Shown: positions 18,640 through 28,659, numbered from the stretch's first letter. The stretch: DNA of 64,000 nt from an uncultured Alphaproteobacteria bacterium (GCA_905479265.1 CAJQLX010000009.1:564-64563); one strand, 5' to 3'. Translations and numbers: made by a program. The notes: a model not told the origin generated them from the letters alone.

Positions 18640-19892
18640 TGCATGAAGACGAGAGCGTAAAAGCTGCGCTTGACCGCTTTCTGGCTCTGCACCCAAAACT
18701 GATCGACCTGTCGCTGGACCGTCTTGACGCTTTGCTGGACGATTTGGGTCGCCCCGAACGCCGCATGCCGCCAGCGATTCACGTCGCAGGCACCAACGGC
18801 AAAGGCTCCACGCTGGCGTTCCTGAAAGCCATGTTGGAAGCCGCCGGAAAGTCGGTCCACGTCTATACCAGCCCCCACTTGGTGCGCTTTGCCGAGCGGA
18901 TCCAGCTTGCGGGCGAAACCATCAGCGATGCAGCCCTACTGGACGTCCTTACCCGCGTTGAGGCCGCAAACGGCGATGGTCCGGGCACGTTTTTTGAGCT
19001 GACAACGGCGGCGGCTTTCCTTGCGTTCTCTGAAACACCGGCGGACTTCGTATTGCTGGAAACGGGGCTGGGGGGACGCTTGGATGCGACCAACATTCTA
19101 CCGCCCGAAGCCGTTGCACTGTCGCTGATTTCCCGCATCGACCTCGATCATCAGCACTTTCTGGGCGATACCATCGAAGACATCGCCCGTGAAAAGGCGG
19201 GTATCTTCAAGACCGGGGTGCAGGCGTTCTATGTACCGCAAGAGGCCAGCGTGACCGCCGTATTGCTCAGCGAAGCCCGCGCGCGAGGGGTTGAGGCACG
19301 GCCCGTCAATCCCGTATCCAAGAATGCCAAACTCAGCCTGTTGGGTGATTTCCAGCGGACCAACGCCGCGCTCGCCTCTGCTGCGGCGCGCTACATCGGG
19401 ATTGATCCCCTGAGCATTGGCCGGGGGATGCGGCAGGCCACATGGCCCGCGCGCATGCAGACCATCAGCAGCGGCCTGCTGTGGACCGCAGCAGGCAGCG
19501 GCAAGCACCGCCTGGTGATCGACGGCGCACACAACGCCAATGCCGGACGCGCCATCGCCGACAGCTTGCCCGACGATCAGCCGATTTATCTGGTGTATGG
19601 CCTGCTTGAAACCAAGGACGCGCAGGGGTTTGTCCAGCCCTTATTGCCCAAAGTAAGCCGAGCGGTTGCCGTGGAAATTCCCGGTGCTGCGGCTTCGCTC
19701 TCTGCCCACAATGCCGCCAGCGCCGCCGGCCATGCCGCAGCAGAAACGGCACCGTCTATCGCAGCGGCGCTTGAAACCCTGCGCGATGAAGAGCCGGGGA
19801 TGATCTTGGTGTGTGGGTCGCTTTATCTTGCCGGGGCGTTTCTTGCAGAAAATCAGGGCGTCACGGTCGCCAGCGGCCGGAAGGCGGTTTGA
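18636..19892 (+). CDS. folC: Bifunctional folylpolyglutamate synthase / dihydrofolate synthase
   Basis: P-loop (HVAGTNGKGST) and Mur-ligase-like domains. It overlaps the accD stop. Confidence 0.9.
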   Translation: MMHEDESVKAALDRFLALHPKLIDLSLDRLDALLDDLGRPERRMPPAIHVAGTNGKGSTLAFLKAMLEAAGKSVHVYTSPHLVRFAERIQLAGETISDAALLDVLTRVEAANGDGPGTFFELTTAAAFLAFSETPADFVLLETGLGGRLDATNILPPEAVALSLISRIDLDHQHFLGDTIEDIAREKAGIFKTGVQAFYVPQEASVTAVLLSEARARGVEARPVNPVSKNAKLSLLGDFQRTNAALASAAARYIGIDPLSIGRGMRQATWPARMQTISSGLLWTAAGSGKHRLVIDGAHNANAGRAIADSLPDDQPIYLVYGLLETKDAQGFVQPLLPKVSRAVAVEIPGAAASLSAHNAASAAGHAAAETAPSIAAALETLRDEEPGMILVCGSLYLAGAFLAENQGVTVASGRKAV

Positions 19893-19895
19893 GCC

Positions 19896-20336
19896 ATGCT
19901 GGATGACCTTCTGCAAAGCCAAAGGGTCTATCTGGACGCCAACGTCATCATTTATCTGGTCGAAAAGAATTCCGACCATCACCCTATGGTGCACCACATT
20001 CTCCGTGAATTGGCCCAAGACGGGGCCGAACTGATCAGCAGTGAGTTGGTGGTCAGTGAATGCATGATGGGGGCGGTACGCCGCGAAAACGAAGCCATAC
20101 TGCTCGCCTATGAGCGCTTTTTCGACGGTGATCGCTTTGGGATCGAGCTTCAGCCCGTCAGTTCACGGGTTTTGTGGACAGCACCGCAAGTCTCGCTGGA
20201 CTTCAAACTCGACCTTCCCGACGCCCTGCACTTCGCGACGGCTTTGGACCAAGGCTGCGATGCCTTTGTCACAAACGACAAAGGGTTCACCGACGGCGAA
20301 CCCTTTCCAATCGTTTACCGCTTGTCTGATCTTTGA
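19896..20336 (+). CDS. PIN-domain protein (VapC-like ribonuclease fold), solitary: no adjacent antitoxin ORF
   Basis: The PIN acidic tetrad is positioned correctly (YLDANVIIY ; SELVVSEC ; LPDALHFATAL ; FVTNDKGF). 146 aa. It starts 3 nt after the folC stop, and its stop codon directly abuts the trxA stop. Confidence 0.75.
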   Translation: MLDDLLQSQRVYLDANVIIYLVEKNSDHHPMVHHILRELAQDGAELISSELVVSECMMGAVRRENEAILLAYERFFDGDRFGIELQPVSSRVLWTAPQVSLDFKLDLPDALHFATALDQGCDAFVTNDKGFTDGEPFPIVYRLSDL

Positions 20337-20657
20337 TCAGATATTGCGTTCGATCCACGACTTGATCGAAGACTTCGGCTGCGCACCGGCGAGCATCGCA
20401 ACGGGCGCGCCGCCCTTAAAGATCATCAACGTTGGCAAGTTACGCACGTTCAAACCCTGCGCCGTCGCTTGGTTTTGGTCGACGTTCAGCTTCGTGATGG
20501 TGATTTGCTCGGCCATCTCGTCAGACAGCTGATCCAGCGATGGCGCAATTGCCTTGCACGGCATGCACCAATCCGCCCAGCAGTCGACCAAAACAGGCTT
20601 GTCGGATCCAACCACCTCAGACTGGAACGTGGCATCGGTAACTTCAACAACAGCCAT
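20337..20657 (-). CDS. trxA: Thioredoxin (atypical active site WCMPC with an extra upstream Cys)
   Basis: 106 aa with a thioredoxin fold throughout (VTDATFQSEV..KPVLVDCWADWCMPCK..LNVDQN..PTLMIFKGG). The CMPC motif was confirmed by reverse-complementing bases 20560-20600. Confidence 0.85.
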   Translation of the reverse strand: MAVVEVTDATFQSEVVGSDKPVLVDCWADWCMPCKAIAPSLDQLSDEMAEQITITKLNVDQNQATAQGLNVRNLPTLMIFKGGAPVAMLAGAQPKSSIKSWIERNI

Positions 20658-20749
20658 TATCGGCTCCTTTCACCATTAAGCGCTCTGCATTGAGCGAGAC
20701 GTATAAAATCAAGAATCGTTACGACCCTAAAATGACCGGACCAACGCCG

Positions 20750-23700
20750 TCAATTGCCACCAGTGGATTTCGCGGAGGGAGGCAGGTCATCATTTCCGAC
20801 CAGCACTTCCATCAAACGCGGCGTTTCCGTCCATAGTAAGAAAGTGCGAATTGGCTTCCCGGGATACAAGCCCTCTAGCACAGATTTATAAGCTGCCAGC
20901 TGTGCACGATAGCTCTCCGGCACGCCAGCCGCCGTTGTTGGTGGCGGGCGGTTTGACTTGTAGTCGACCACCCAGACGTCATTTTCTCGCTCCACGAGTC
21001 GATCAATTTGCCCCGAAACCACCAACTCACCGACGATGCCGGTCACGGCAACCTCGGCTCGGCTGTTGGCGCTGAACAGGTCCGCGAAGTCGGGATCGTT
21101 TGTGATGGCGATGGCTTCACGGCTCCAGTCATCGATCTGCGTTGGGATCAAGTCGAACGAAGGCCGACCCAAATATCGCCGCGCAGCGGCTTCGCGCTCG
21201 CCATGTGGAACCTCGGGTAATCGTTGCAGCAATCCGTGCAGCACATTGCCGCGAAAGAATGGCGAGGCAGAGCGGTGGCCGCGCGCCGTGGTGCCCGTCC
21301 CTTGCAGCTTGCGCAGGGCATCCAGCGGGGACGGCGCTGCGGGCTCCAACAGCATCTGGCTGGGGGTAAAGGGCCGGGGCGGTGACGGCTCAACGGGGAT
21401 GGCTGTCTGCAGCTGCGCCAGCGCCCTGTCATCGGTGCGCGCCGCTGTATCAATCGCAAAGCTGCTCGCCTCGTGGTCCCCTTTGGGCTTTGGTAAGCGA
21501 TCTGGTGAGGCCGCAGGCGCAAACAGCCGAAACCGCGTGCCGGCAACCTCGTCTGGCCCCGGCGTGAGCGTTTCGACCGCTTCGTTGCTTTCGAATGCAG
21601 CCTTGATGGTCTCGTACCATGTTGCCTTAGGAGGCTTGTTCTCGTCGGCTGGTGGCCGCGGCTTCCAACCACAGAGATACAGCCGATCTTCCGCGCGGGT
21701 CATGGCGACGTAGAGCAAGCGCCGCTCTTCTTCCTCGGCCTTGGCCTTGTCCTGCGCATCCAGCACGAGGGTTTCAGCCGGTGTTTCCCCGGTCGGGGGC
21801 TTCCAATAGGGCAGCGGTGCCGGCGCGTCGTCCGTGTCGAACCACCGCAGTCTATCGCGAGAAATGTCATCCATGCGCCGGTGCGTGTGGGGCAGAATGA
21901 CCACGGGTGCTTCGAGGCCTTTTGAGCCGTGAACCGTCATGATTCGCACGCCGCCGTTCGCGCCTTCCTGCTCCCGCTTGACCTCGATTTCAGCCTTGGA
22001 CAGCCAACCCAGAAAGCCCGGAATTGTCGGCGTCTTGGCGCGCTCATAGGTCAGTGTTGCGCGCAAAAACTCCTTGAGAGCATCCGCCGCCTGTGGCCCC
22101 AGACGGCTTGAAAACCGAATCCCCGCTGCCATTTTCGTCAGCAGAAAGCTGTAAAAGGTGTACGGCGTTGATGCCAGGCGCGCGCGCAAAGCCTGAAACA
22201 GACTGCGAGCCTCCCGCGCAGCAGCGTTCCCGTTATCAGCGGCCTTGACCAAAGCGGCTTCCAAGCTCTCGCCTTTACCCCGGCGATGCGCCAGCTCATA
22301 CAACTGCTGCACAGTAAACCCACACAGCGGGCTGCGCAGGACGGTGGCCAGTGCCAAGTCTGCAGCCGGTTGCAGCAGATACTCGGTCAAGCAGAGCAAA
22401 TCTTTGACAACCAGCTGCTCCTGCAACTTCATCCGGTCCGCCCCCGCCACGCGCACACCGTTCTTTTTCAGCGTGTAGGTCAGCGTGTTGATAAACGGGC
22501 CGGACCGAGACCGCACCAGCACCAGAATATCTTCGGCGCGCATGGGACGACCGTGGTTGGACAGCCAGCCCTCATGCCCTTCACCCGCCGCTTTCCCGTC
22601 AAGCCACCCACTGATCCGCTCGCCCAACAGTTTTGCAAGCTCGACTTCCGGACGGTCGGGTTCATCGAGATCGTCATCACCCCGCACGACCACACGCGGG
22701 GCGCTTTTGTCTTTGGGCACCGCTGTAATAGGATCCCAGACTTCGACCAAGCCACCCGCGCCGGGACGGCCAGTCAGGTGCATGGGCCAATCTTGGTTTT
22801 CGAAGGTGAGGCCTTTGGCATTTTCGGCATGGGTGAAAACCGCGTTTACGGCATCCAAGACCGGCTGCGAAGACCGGAACGTCACGTTCAACACCGGGTC
22901 AATCCACGCGTGATTCGGCAGGCGCCGAACGTCCTGTTCGAACCGGGTTCGCATGTTTTCAAAAACCTGTGGATCGGCGCGCTGAAAGCCATAGATCGAC
23001 TGCTTCAAATCCCCGACAACAAACGTCGTACGCGGGGCGGTGCTGTCCTCGTCCGTGCCGTCGTAAAAGGCATCGGTCAGCCCACGGACAATGGCCCATT
23101 GGTCTGGGTTCGTGTCTTGCGCTTCATCCACCAACACGTGGCGCAAGCCCTGATCCAGCTTGAACGCCACCCATGCCCCAGCGCCGTCTTCGGCGGTCAG
23201 CAAATCGATGGTTTTTAGGATCAAATCATCAAAATCGACGCGGCTGATCGCAGCCTTTGACGCCGCATAGGTCTCGATGATGACCCCAGCGGTGTCCAAA
23301 AGTGCTTCTGAAACGTCCAATTGCCGAAAGGCACGGAGCGCATGGATCAGCGGCAAAACGCGTTGCTGCTCATTGAGGATGGCGTCGATGGCTTCGGGCT
23401 GCTCTTCCCGAAATTTTTTCAGAAAAACCTGCGAGCTCAGGGTGCGCGGCTCACTGTCGGTTTTGATGAACAAAGGGATGTACTGGTCAAGGGTCGCGAG
23501 CCGGTCTTCGAGGCGAGATTGGCTGACCCATTCCATCGCAGAGAACGCCAATTTGTTCCGGCTATTGGGCGCGTTGCTGGTGCTTTCCATCCAATTGCCG
23601 AACGCTTGAAACGCGGCCTGCAGCTCAGACGGTACGCCGTCTTTCAGCGCCAAAGCTGCCGCGTAAGCCTCTTCCTCAACACCCAGCTCCAACCCCAGAC

Positions 23701-24421
23701 GTTCCCGCAGGGGCTCAAGAATAACCCGCGCCGGGCGTCGGTTCTCACCGCGCAGTCGTTCAACCCGACCCCGCTCCCGCACCAAACCAGCCAGAATGTC
23801 CCGGAACGTGTCCTCGCCCAGTGCCTCAAAGACCTGCGACATGGCCGGTTCTTCGCGTGCAATCAAACCAGAGAGAAACCGATCAACCGTTGTTTCCAGC
23901 AGCGCTTTGGCTTCGCTATCCTCCAGAACGCTGAACCCCGGCTGAACGCCGGCTTCTACGGGGAAGCGCCCCAGCAAACTTTGTGAAAAGGCGTGGATTG
24001 TCTGAATATTGAGACCGCCCGGCGCCTCCAGCACTTTGGCGAACAAGCGACGCGCCAGCGCCAACTGTTCCTCCCGAGGCCGCTTACCCGCCAACTTGAA
24101 CAGCGCATCACTGAGTTTAGAATCCCCCAGCGTCACCCATTCTTCGAGCGCTTCACTGACCCGATTGGCCATTTCTGCGGCTGCTGCTTTGGTGAACGTC
24201 AGCGCCAGAATTTCGCGCGGTTCTGCCCCTTCGAGCAACAGAGCCAGCAAGCGGTTTGTCAGAACTCTGGTTTTGCCTGTGCCCGCTGACGCTGCGACCC
24301 ACGCCGTCGCAACCGGGTTTGCCGCCGTTCGCTGGTCGTGTGTGGCTTGCAGATGGTTGGGCGCGGGCGTGTCACCATCGATGCGATCATCCCAAAGCCA
24401 GTTCGACGCATTATTCATCAT
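20750..24421 (-). CDS. addA: Double-strand break repair helicase AddA (UvrD-like helicase plus C-terminal nuclease)
   Basis: Walker A (AGTGKT) and UvrD-family helicase motifs. It overlaps addB by 11 nt at tandem ATGs. The AddB-then-AddA order matches the alphaproteobacterial addBA arrangement. Confidence 0.9.
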   Translation of the reverse strand: MMNNASNWLWDDRIDGDTPAPNHLQATHDQRTAANPVATAWVAASAGTGKTRVLTNRLLALLLEGAEPREILALTFTKAAAAEMANRVSEALEEWVTLGDSKLSDALFKLAGKRPREEQLALARRLFAKVLEAPGGLNIQTIHAFSQSLLGRFPVEAGVQPGFSVLEDSEAKALLETTVDRFLSGLIAREEPAMSQVFEALGEDTFRDILAGLVRERGRVERLRGENRRPARVILEPLRERLGLELGVEEEAYAAALALKDGVPSELQAAFQAFGNWMESTSNAPNSRNKLAFSAMEWVSQSRLEDRLATLDQYIPLFIKTDSEPRTLSSQVFLKKFREEQPEAIDAILNEQQRVLPLIHALRAFRQLDVSEALLDTAGVIIETYAASKAAISRVDFDDLILKTIDLLTAEDGAGAWVAFKLDQGLRHVLVDEAQDTNPDQWAIVRGLTDAFYDGTDEDSTAPRTTFVVGDLKQSIYGFQRADPQVFENMRTRFEQDVRRLPNHAWIDPVLNVTFRSSQPVLDAVNAVFTHAENAKGLTFENQDWPMHLTGRPGAGGLVEVWDPITAVPKDKSAPRVVVRGDDDLDEPDRPEVELAKLLGERISGWLDGKAAGEGHEGWLSNHGRPMRAEDILVLVRSRSGPFINTLTYTLKKNGVRVAGADRMKLQEQLVVKDLLCLTEYLLQPAADLALATVLRSPLCGFTVQQLYELAHRRGKGESLEAALVKAADNGNAAAREARSLFQALRARLASTPYTFYSFLLTKMAAGIRFSSRLGPQAADALKEFLRATLTYERAKTPTIPGFLGWLSKAEIEVKREQEGANGGVRIMTVHGSKGLEAPVVILPHTHRRMDDISRDRLRWFDTDDAPAPLPYWKPPTGETPAETLVLDAQDKAKAEEEERRLLYVAMTRAEDRLYLCGWKPRPPADENKPPKATWYETIKAAFESNEAVETLTPGPDEVAGTRFRLFAPAASPDRLPKPKGDHEASSFAIDTAARTDDRALAQLQTAIPVEPSPPRPFTPSQMLLEPAAPSPLDALRKLQGTGTTARGHRSASPFFRGNVLHGLLQRLPEVPHGEREAAARRYLGRPSFDLIPTQIDDWSREAIAITNDPDFADLFSANSRAEVAVTGIVGELVVSGQIDRLVERENDVWVVDYKSNRPPPTTAAGVPESYRAQLAAYKSVLEGLYPGKPIRTFLLWTETPRLMEVLVGNDDLPPSAKSTGGN

Positions 24422-27400
24422 GGTCCCCGCCTTCCCATTCATCCTGCCGCGCCAAATCGATGAAATCGCCTTTGCGCACCACACGAGCGATGAACGCTCG
24501 ATCCTCGTTTTGGTAGGTCGCAATCAGTGTGCGCAGATCGTCCCACGTCGTGTTGATGAGGTCTGCGGTGATGACGGGCTCTTTCTGGCTTCCACCCGGC
24601 GCACGGACTGAGATTTTCCCACCGTCATCGGTGCCGTTGATTTGCCAATATTCCAGCGCTTCGACGTCCAGCCCAACCGGCACTTGACCAAATGCCCCCT
24701 TTTGGATCAGCGCGCCTTCCAGCGCCAACTGCGGTTTTTCGCCCTTATGAACCTCTGCCCCCGTCGGCAACTGGCCGCTTTTGTAATCCACCACCACCAG
24801 CGTCTTATCGGCGGTTACGTCAATCCGATCGGCGCGGCATCGCAGGGTGTATTGAATATCACCAACGTCAAAACTGTACTCGGCCTTGTCTTCGATCGCT
24901 GCAGGATGCCGGCCTTCGGCCCGCAAGCTCTTTTCCGTCGCGGCAAACCACGCGGCCACCTTGCGCAGCTTTGGCGTCCAAAGCGCCAGTTGGGGTTCGG
25001 GCAGACCGCTGGCCTGAAACCGTGTGAAGAGCGCGTCGTACACCACCTGCTCAAACCCCGCACCCAAATGGCCGGGATGGGCCTTGAGCACGCCTTCCAA
25101 AGCGTCGTGAATGATCGTTCCACGGATCGCCGCGTCAACCTGCCCCCCCAAGGGCCGCAGGGCACGCAGCCGCAGCGTGTGTTTGACGTAAACGTCAAAG
25201 GGATTGGCCTTCCAGCGCTCCACATCCGTGACCGCAAACACCGTTGGCCGCGCCGATAAGGGCGGCTTAGGGCGTGGGCGGCGTTCTGGTTTGATGGTTT
25301 CGGCGATGTCTATGTCCCGCGCCGCCTGCGCCAACGAAAGCCCCTTGGGCGCCAGCACGTGATCAGCCTGAACAATCTTCAAAAACGCCTTCAAGCGTTT
25401 GATAAAGCGCGAAGGCACAGTCGCACCGCCATCGACCAAGCTCGCGCGTGTCATAATGACTTCCGCCCGGCCAAAAGCCTGACAGAAATCGTGAGCCGCC
25501 AGCCCAATGCGCCGTTCTACCGGCGGCAGGCCAAAACTGCGTCGCATGGGTCGCGACATCCACGGGCCGGGCTGGGTTTCGGCTGGCCACGTGCCTTCAT
25601 TCAGGCCACCAACAATAATCCGATCGACGCTGGTTAAGCGCGCCTCGATCCCACCGAGAATCAACACGCGAGGATGCCCCACAAAGGGCGACCGCAGGCT
25701 CAGCCCGCTCGCGGCCCGCTCCATCAGCGCCCGAAACTGTGGCAGCAATATCGGCACAGGCGCCACGTCTCGATCAGCCAGCGTTTCGGCCCATTCCATC
25801 AGGAAGGCAATCACGCTTTCCGCGCCCGTTTGCGCCCACAAACCGGCCCCCGGATCGTCCGCCTCCGCTTCGACCTCTGACGGCGCGGGGCGGGCAAGGT
25901 CTTCGAGCGCTGCGACCAAAGCCACCAGCCAGCTCAGTGTCGTCCAACTGGTCCCGTCTTCGCCCTTATCAGCCTCCTGCCGCAGCGCCTGCGTGGCCGC
26001 AATAACCCGGTCTAAAACGGCAAACGCCTGATTGATCCCGTCCACGTCCGGGTTGGCGCTGATCCAGTTGAGCATGGGCGTGAACCCGTTGCCCGACGGC
26101 GAATTTCGCAACACATGCAGGTCCAGCGCCGTGCGCCCTCGCAGTCGCTCTGGGTCCGACAAACCCAACTGGCACAAGGGATGGTGGAGCAGCGAAAGCA
26201 GCGCAAAATGGTCCACCTTGCCTTCAATCAAATCCAACACGATCCGCGCGAATTTAAAGGCCGGCGCGTCTTCGAGGCGCAATCCGGCGGAGTCGTCAGG
26301 CTCAATCGCCCAGCGCTGCAAATGGCCTTTGACCCGCTCCGCCAAGGCGCGATCGGGGGTAACCAGCGCAGACACAAACTCCGGCTTATCCAACCCTTGG
26401 CGCAAGGCCAAAGCGATGGTCTGTGCCTCTTGATCATCATCATCAAGTTCGTAAAGCGTGACGTCGTCAAAGGCTTGCTCGATCGCCGTCACGCTGAGCC
26501 CCTGAACCCCCGCGCGCCAGCCCTCGGTCAGACTGGCCGTCGTTTCTGCGGGTAGCATGGCTTTAGAGAGCAGTTGCGTGCGCGGTTCCTGCATGCGTGC
26601 GGGCAACCAGGGCCAAGGCTGCACGGCTTCGGGTGGCTGTTCACACGCTTTAAGAACCTCATAAAACCCATACTGAGGGTGCGTGATTTCGTGCTCAATC
26701 TCCGCCCATGCCTGCGCGCTCAAATCCGGATCCATGCCCGGCAAGACCACCGCCCCTTGCGGCAGTTTCAGCACGGCCGCGAGCAGCTTTCTGGTCGCAG
26801 GAATTGAGCCCGTGGAGCCCGCTGCGATCACCGGGCCGGTTGGCGGTGCCAAATCCCAGCGACGGATCTGGTTTTCGATGGACAGTCGGCGGCGTTTCGC
26901 CGGTGAGATATAACCCGCCGCGTCCTCAACGTTGGGCCAAACCTCGTAGAGAATCCGCAGGAACCGCAGGGATTTTTCCCAATGCGCCGCCAACTCTGTC
27001 TTTTCGACCAATTGCGGGAGCTTTGCCGCGTCCAGACCTTCGGTTTCGATCTGGTCCATCAGTCGCGCCAGCTCCTGCGCCAGCGCCATCACGTGGTCTT
27101 GTGAAAGCGTTGCATCGGTTTTTGCCACCAACTCTGCCAGCGCTGCTTCGCGCCGCAGCTTGGGCCACGGCTCGGCCAGATCGAGATCCGCATCGGGCAG
27201 CATATCGGCATCAATTCGGCCAGCAATGGCTTCCCCAACCGCATCCTCGTCCGACAAATCCCCCATCGGCACCATGCGCGGCAGCAGCATCGCTTCCCCG
27301 TCACGCAGTCGCAAAAAGGTGGTTTGCAGCGTGCGTCCGGCGCGTCGGTTCGGCAGCAAAATCAAGGCATCGGCCAAGTCCATATCCGCTTCCAGCAGAC

Positions 27401-27464
27401 CTTGCGCCAATGTTGTCCCGAAATCTGCGTAAGAGGGAATGTTGTACAGTCCACGCAAGCTCAT
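24411..27464 (-). CDS. addB: Double-strand break repair protein AddB (inactivated-helicase-like N-terminus plus PD-(D/E)XK nuclease C-terminus)
   Basis: C-terminal nuclease motif (VVVDYKSGQLPT). The start MSLRGLYNIPSYADFG.. forms an ATGA overlap with the tsaE stop. Confidence 0.9.
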   Translation of the reverse strand: MSLRGLYNIPSYADFGTTLAQGLLEADMDLADALILLPNRRAGRTLQTTFLRLRDGEAMLLPRMVPMGDLSDEDAVGEAIAGRIDADMLPDADLDLAEPWPKLRREAALAELVAKTDATLSQDHVMALAQELARLMDQIETEGLDAAKLPQLVEKTELAAHWEKSLRFLRILYEVWPNVEDAAGYISPAKRRRLSIENQIRRWDLAPPTGPVIAAGSTGSIPATRKLLAAVLKLPQGAVVLPGMDPDLSAQAWAEIEHEITHPQYGFYEVLKACEQPPEAVQPWPWLPARMQEPRTQLLSKAMLPAETTASLTEGWRAGVQGLSVTAIEQAFDDVTLYELDDDDQEAQTIALALRQGLDKPEFVSALVTPDRALAERVKGHLQRWAIEPDDSAGLRLEDAPAFKFARIVLDLIEGKVDHFALLSLLHHPLCQLGLSDPERLRGRTALDLHVLRNSPSGNGFTPMLNWISANPDVDGINQAFAVLDRVIAATQALRQEADKGEDGTSWTTLSWLVALVAALEDLARPAPSEVEAEADDPGAGLWAQTGAESVIAFLMEWAETLADRDVAPVPILLPQFRALMERAASGLSLRSPFVGHPRVLILGGIEARLTSVDRIIVGGLNEGTWPAETQPGPWMSRPMRRSFGLPPVERRIGLAAHDFCQAFGRAEVIMTRASLVDGGATVPSRFIKRLKAFLKIVQADHVLAPKGLSLAQAARDIDIAETIKPERRPRPKPPLSARPTVFAVTDVERWKANPFDVYVKHTLRLRALRPLGGQVDAAIRGTIIHDALEGVLKAHPGHLGAGFEQVVYDALFTRFQASGLPEPQLALWTPKLRKVAAWFAATEKSLRAEGRHPAAIEDKAEYSFDVGDIQYTLRCRADRIDVTADKTLVVVDYKSGQLPTGAEVHKGEKPQLALEGALIQKGAFGQVPVGLDVEALEYWQINGTDDGGKISVRAPGGSQKEPVITADLINTTWDDLRTLIATYQNEDRAFIARVVRKGDFIDLARQDEWEGGDHDE

Positions 27465-27946
27465 GCCGTCACTCCTGCGAGCCGCTCTGCCCACGCCTCT
27501 GACCCGTGAAAGTGAAATCTGCGAAATGTCTCGCGCGCTGCATCCAGCTCAAGCGTGATGTGCAGCGCCGCAGCGGGCCGGAGCGAACCTAGGCGTTCCG
27601 GCCATTCGACCAAGGTCGCGCCTTCATCCAGCGCATCATCCCAGCCCAAGTCAAAAACCTCCTCCGCCTCGCCCATGCGATAGAGGTCAAAGTGCGTGAC
27701 TGTCAGCGATGGTGCGCTGTAAATCTGGCTGAAGGTAAAGGTTGGACTGGCGACAATCGCATGCGGATCACCCAGGACCGCCCGCACCAAAGCCCGGCAA
27801 AAGGCCGTCTTTCCTGCGCCCAAAGTGCCATCCAGCAGCACCACATCACCGACCGCCAGAACCCGCGCCAGCTTCGCAGCCAGTCGCTCGGTTCCGCGTT
27901 CATTTTCGACAGCAATGGTCAGGAAATCGTGTGCGCTCTCACCCAT
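27461..27946 (-). CDS. tsaE: tRNA threonylcarbamoyladenosine biosynthesis ATPase TsaE (YjeE)
   Basis: P-loop (LLDGTLGAGKT) and the SPTFT and HFDLYR motifs of TsaE. Confidence 0.8.
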   Translation of the reverse strand: MGESAHDFLTIAVENERGTERLAAKLARVLAVGDVVLLDGTLGAGKTAFCRALVRAVLGDPHAIVASPTFTFSQIYSAPSLTVTHFDLYRMGEAEEVFDLGWDDALDEGATLVEWPERLGSLRPAAALHITLELDAARETFRRFHFHGSEAWAERLAGVTA

Positions 27947-28011
27947 AGCGGCGAAATTCGCACGAGAACATAAAGCGTACAAGGGCGTTTTATGTGTAAA
28001 AGTCGCTAAAG

Positions 28012-28659
28012 TTAGCGGAACTCTTCATCTCGGCCCACACCGTACAGCGCCGACTGTGGAAGCCAGCCACTGATTTCGGGAAAGCGCATCTCGCACCAGC
28101 CGTCGATGCATCGGTCCACCTTGCCCACCAATCCATCGCCCATCAGGGCGACGACCGCGGAATCCGGTGTCGGCAACCGGTGAAGGGTCGTCCCGTCCAG
28201 CAGGACCATACCCGTTCGCTCATTGGAGAGAACCACACGGTTCATCCAACCGATGGTCCCGTCAAAGTCGCGGACTTTGCGCCAGTTGTCGTGCTCGGCA
28301 ACGACTTGGATCGGCAGATCCCGGCGGAGGTAAACCCATTCGATTGCATGTTGCATGGTGGGGCCACGGCGCAAGAACGCCTTGTCCTCGCCCAGCGACA
28401 CAAAACGCGGCAAGGTCTTACCCGTTTCCGGGCCCGTACCAACGTACTGAGCATCGGCTCGTGAAGACAACGCCATGAGCGACCCGAGGATCACAAGCGA
28501 TAAGGACAGTACCCATGTGAGGCGTCGGAGGGTCGACGGTGTGCGCCGAATCCCCCGACTAGAACCACTGAATTGCACGGTAAATAATCCGCTTTTACAC
28601 TTCAAAAATTGGTTTATTGACGCTTCAAATTCCGCGCAGAAAATTTCGCGGCACGCCAA
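28012..28659 (-). CDS. Exported SH3b-domain protein (start uncertain; an in-frame GTG near 28566 is more likely)
   Basis: Signal-like segment (RRLTWVLSLSLVILGSLMALSSRADAQ) followed by an SH3-like beta region (RRGPTMQHAIEWVYLRRDLPIQVVAEHDNWRKVRDFDGTIGWM). Confidence 0.55.
   Translation of the reverse strand: MACREIFCAEFEASINQFLKCKSGLFTVQFSGSSRGIRRTPSTLRRLTWVLSLSLVILGSLMALSSRADAQYVGTGPETGKTLPRFVSLGEDKAFLRRGPTMQHAIEWVYLRRDLPIQVVAEHDNWRKVRDFDGTIGWMNRVVLSNERTGMVLLDGTTLHRLPTPDSAVVALMGDGLVGKVDRCIDGWCEMRFPEISGWLPQSALYGVGRDEEFR

Noticed and set aside
17710-18696. 328-aa ORF antisense to accD
   Set aside because: accD is unambiguous on the + strand, so this is a shadow ORF.
21036-24611. Multiple + strand ORFs (21036-21713, 22286-23218, 23321-23986, 24009-24611) inside addA
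   Set aside because: All are antisense to addA, which has helicase motifs throughout. None has a start-site context or recognisable domains.
24642-27502. + strand ORFs (24642-25259, 25507-26031, 26708-27502) inside addB
   Set aside because: Antisense to addB; Pro/Arg/Ala-rich translations.
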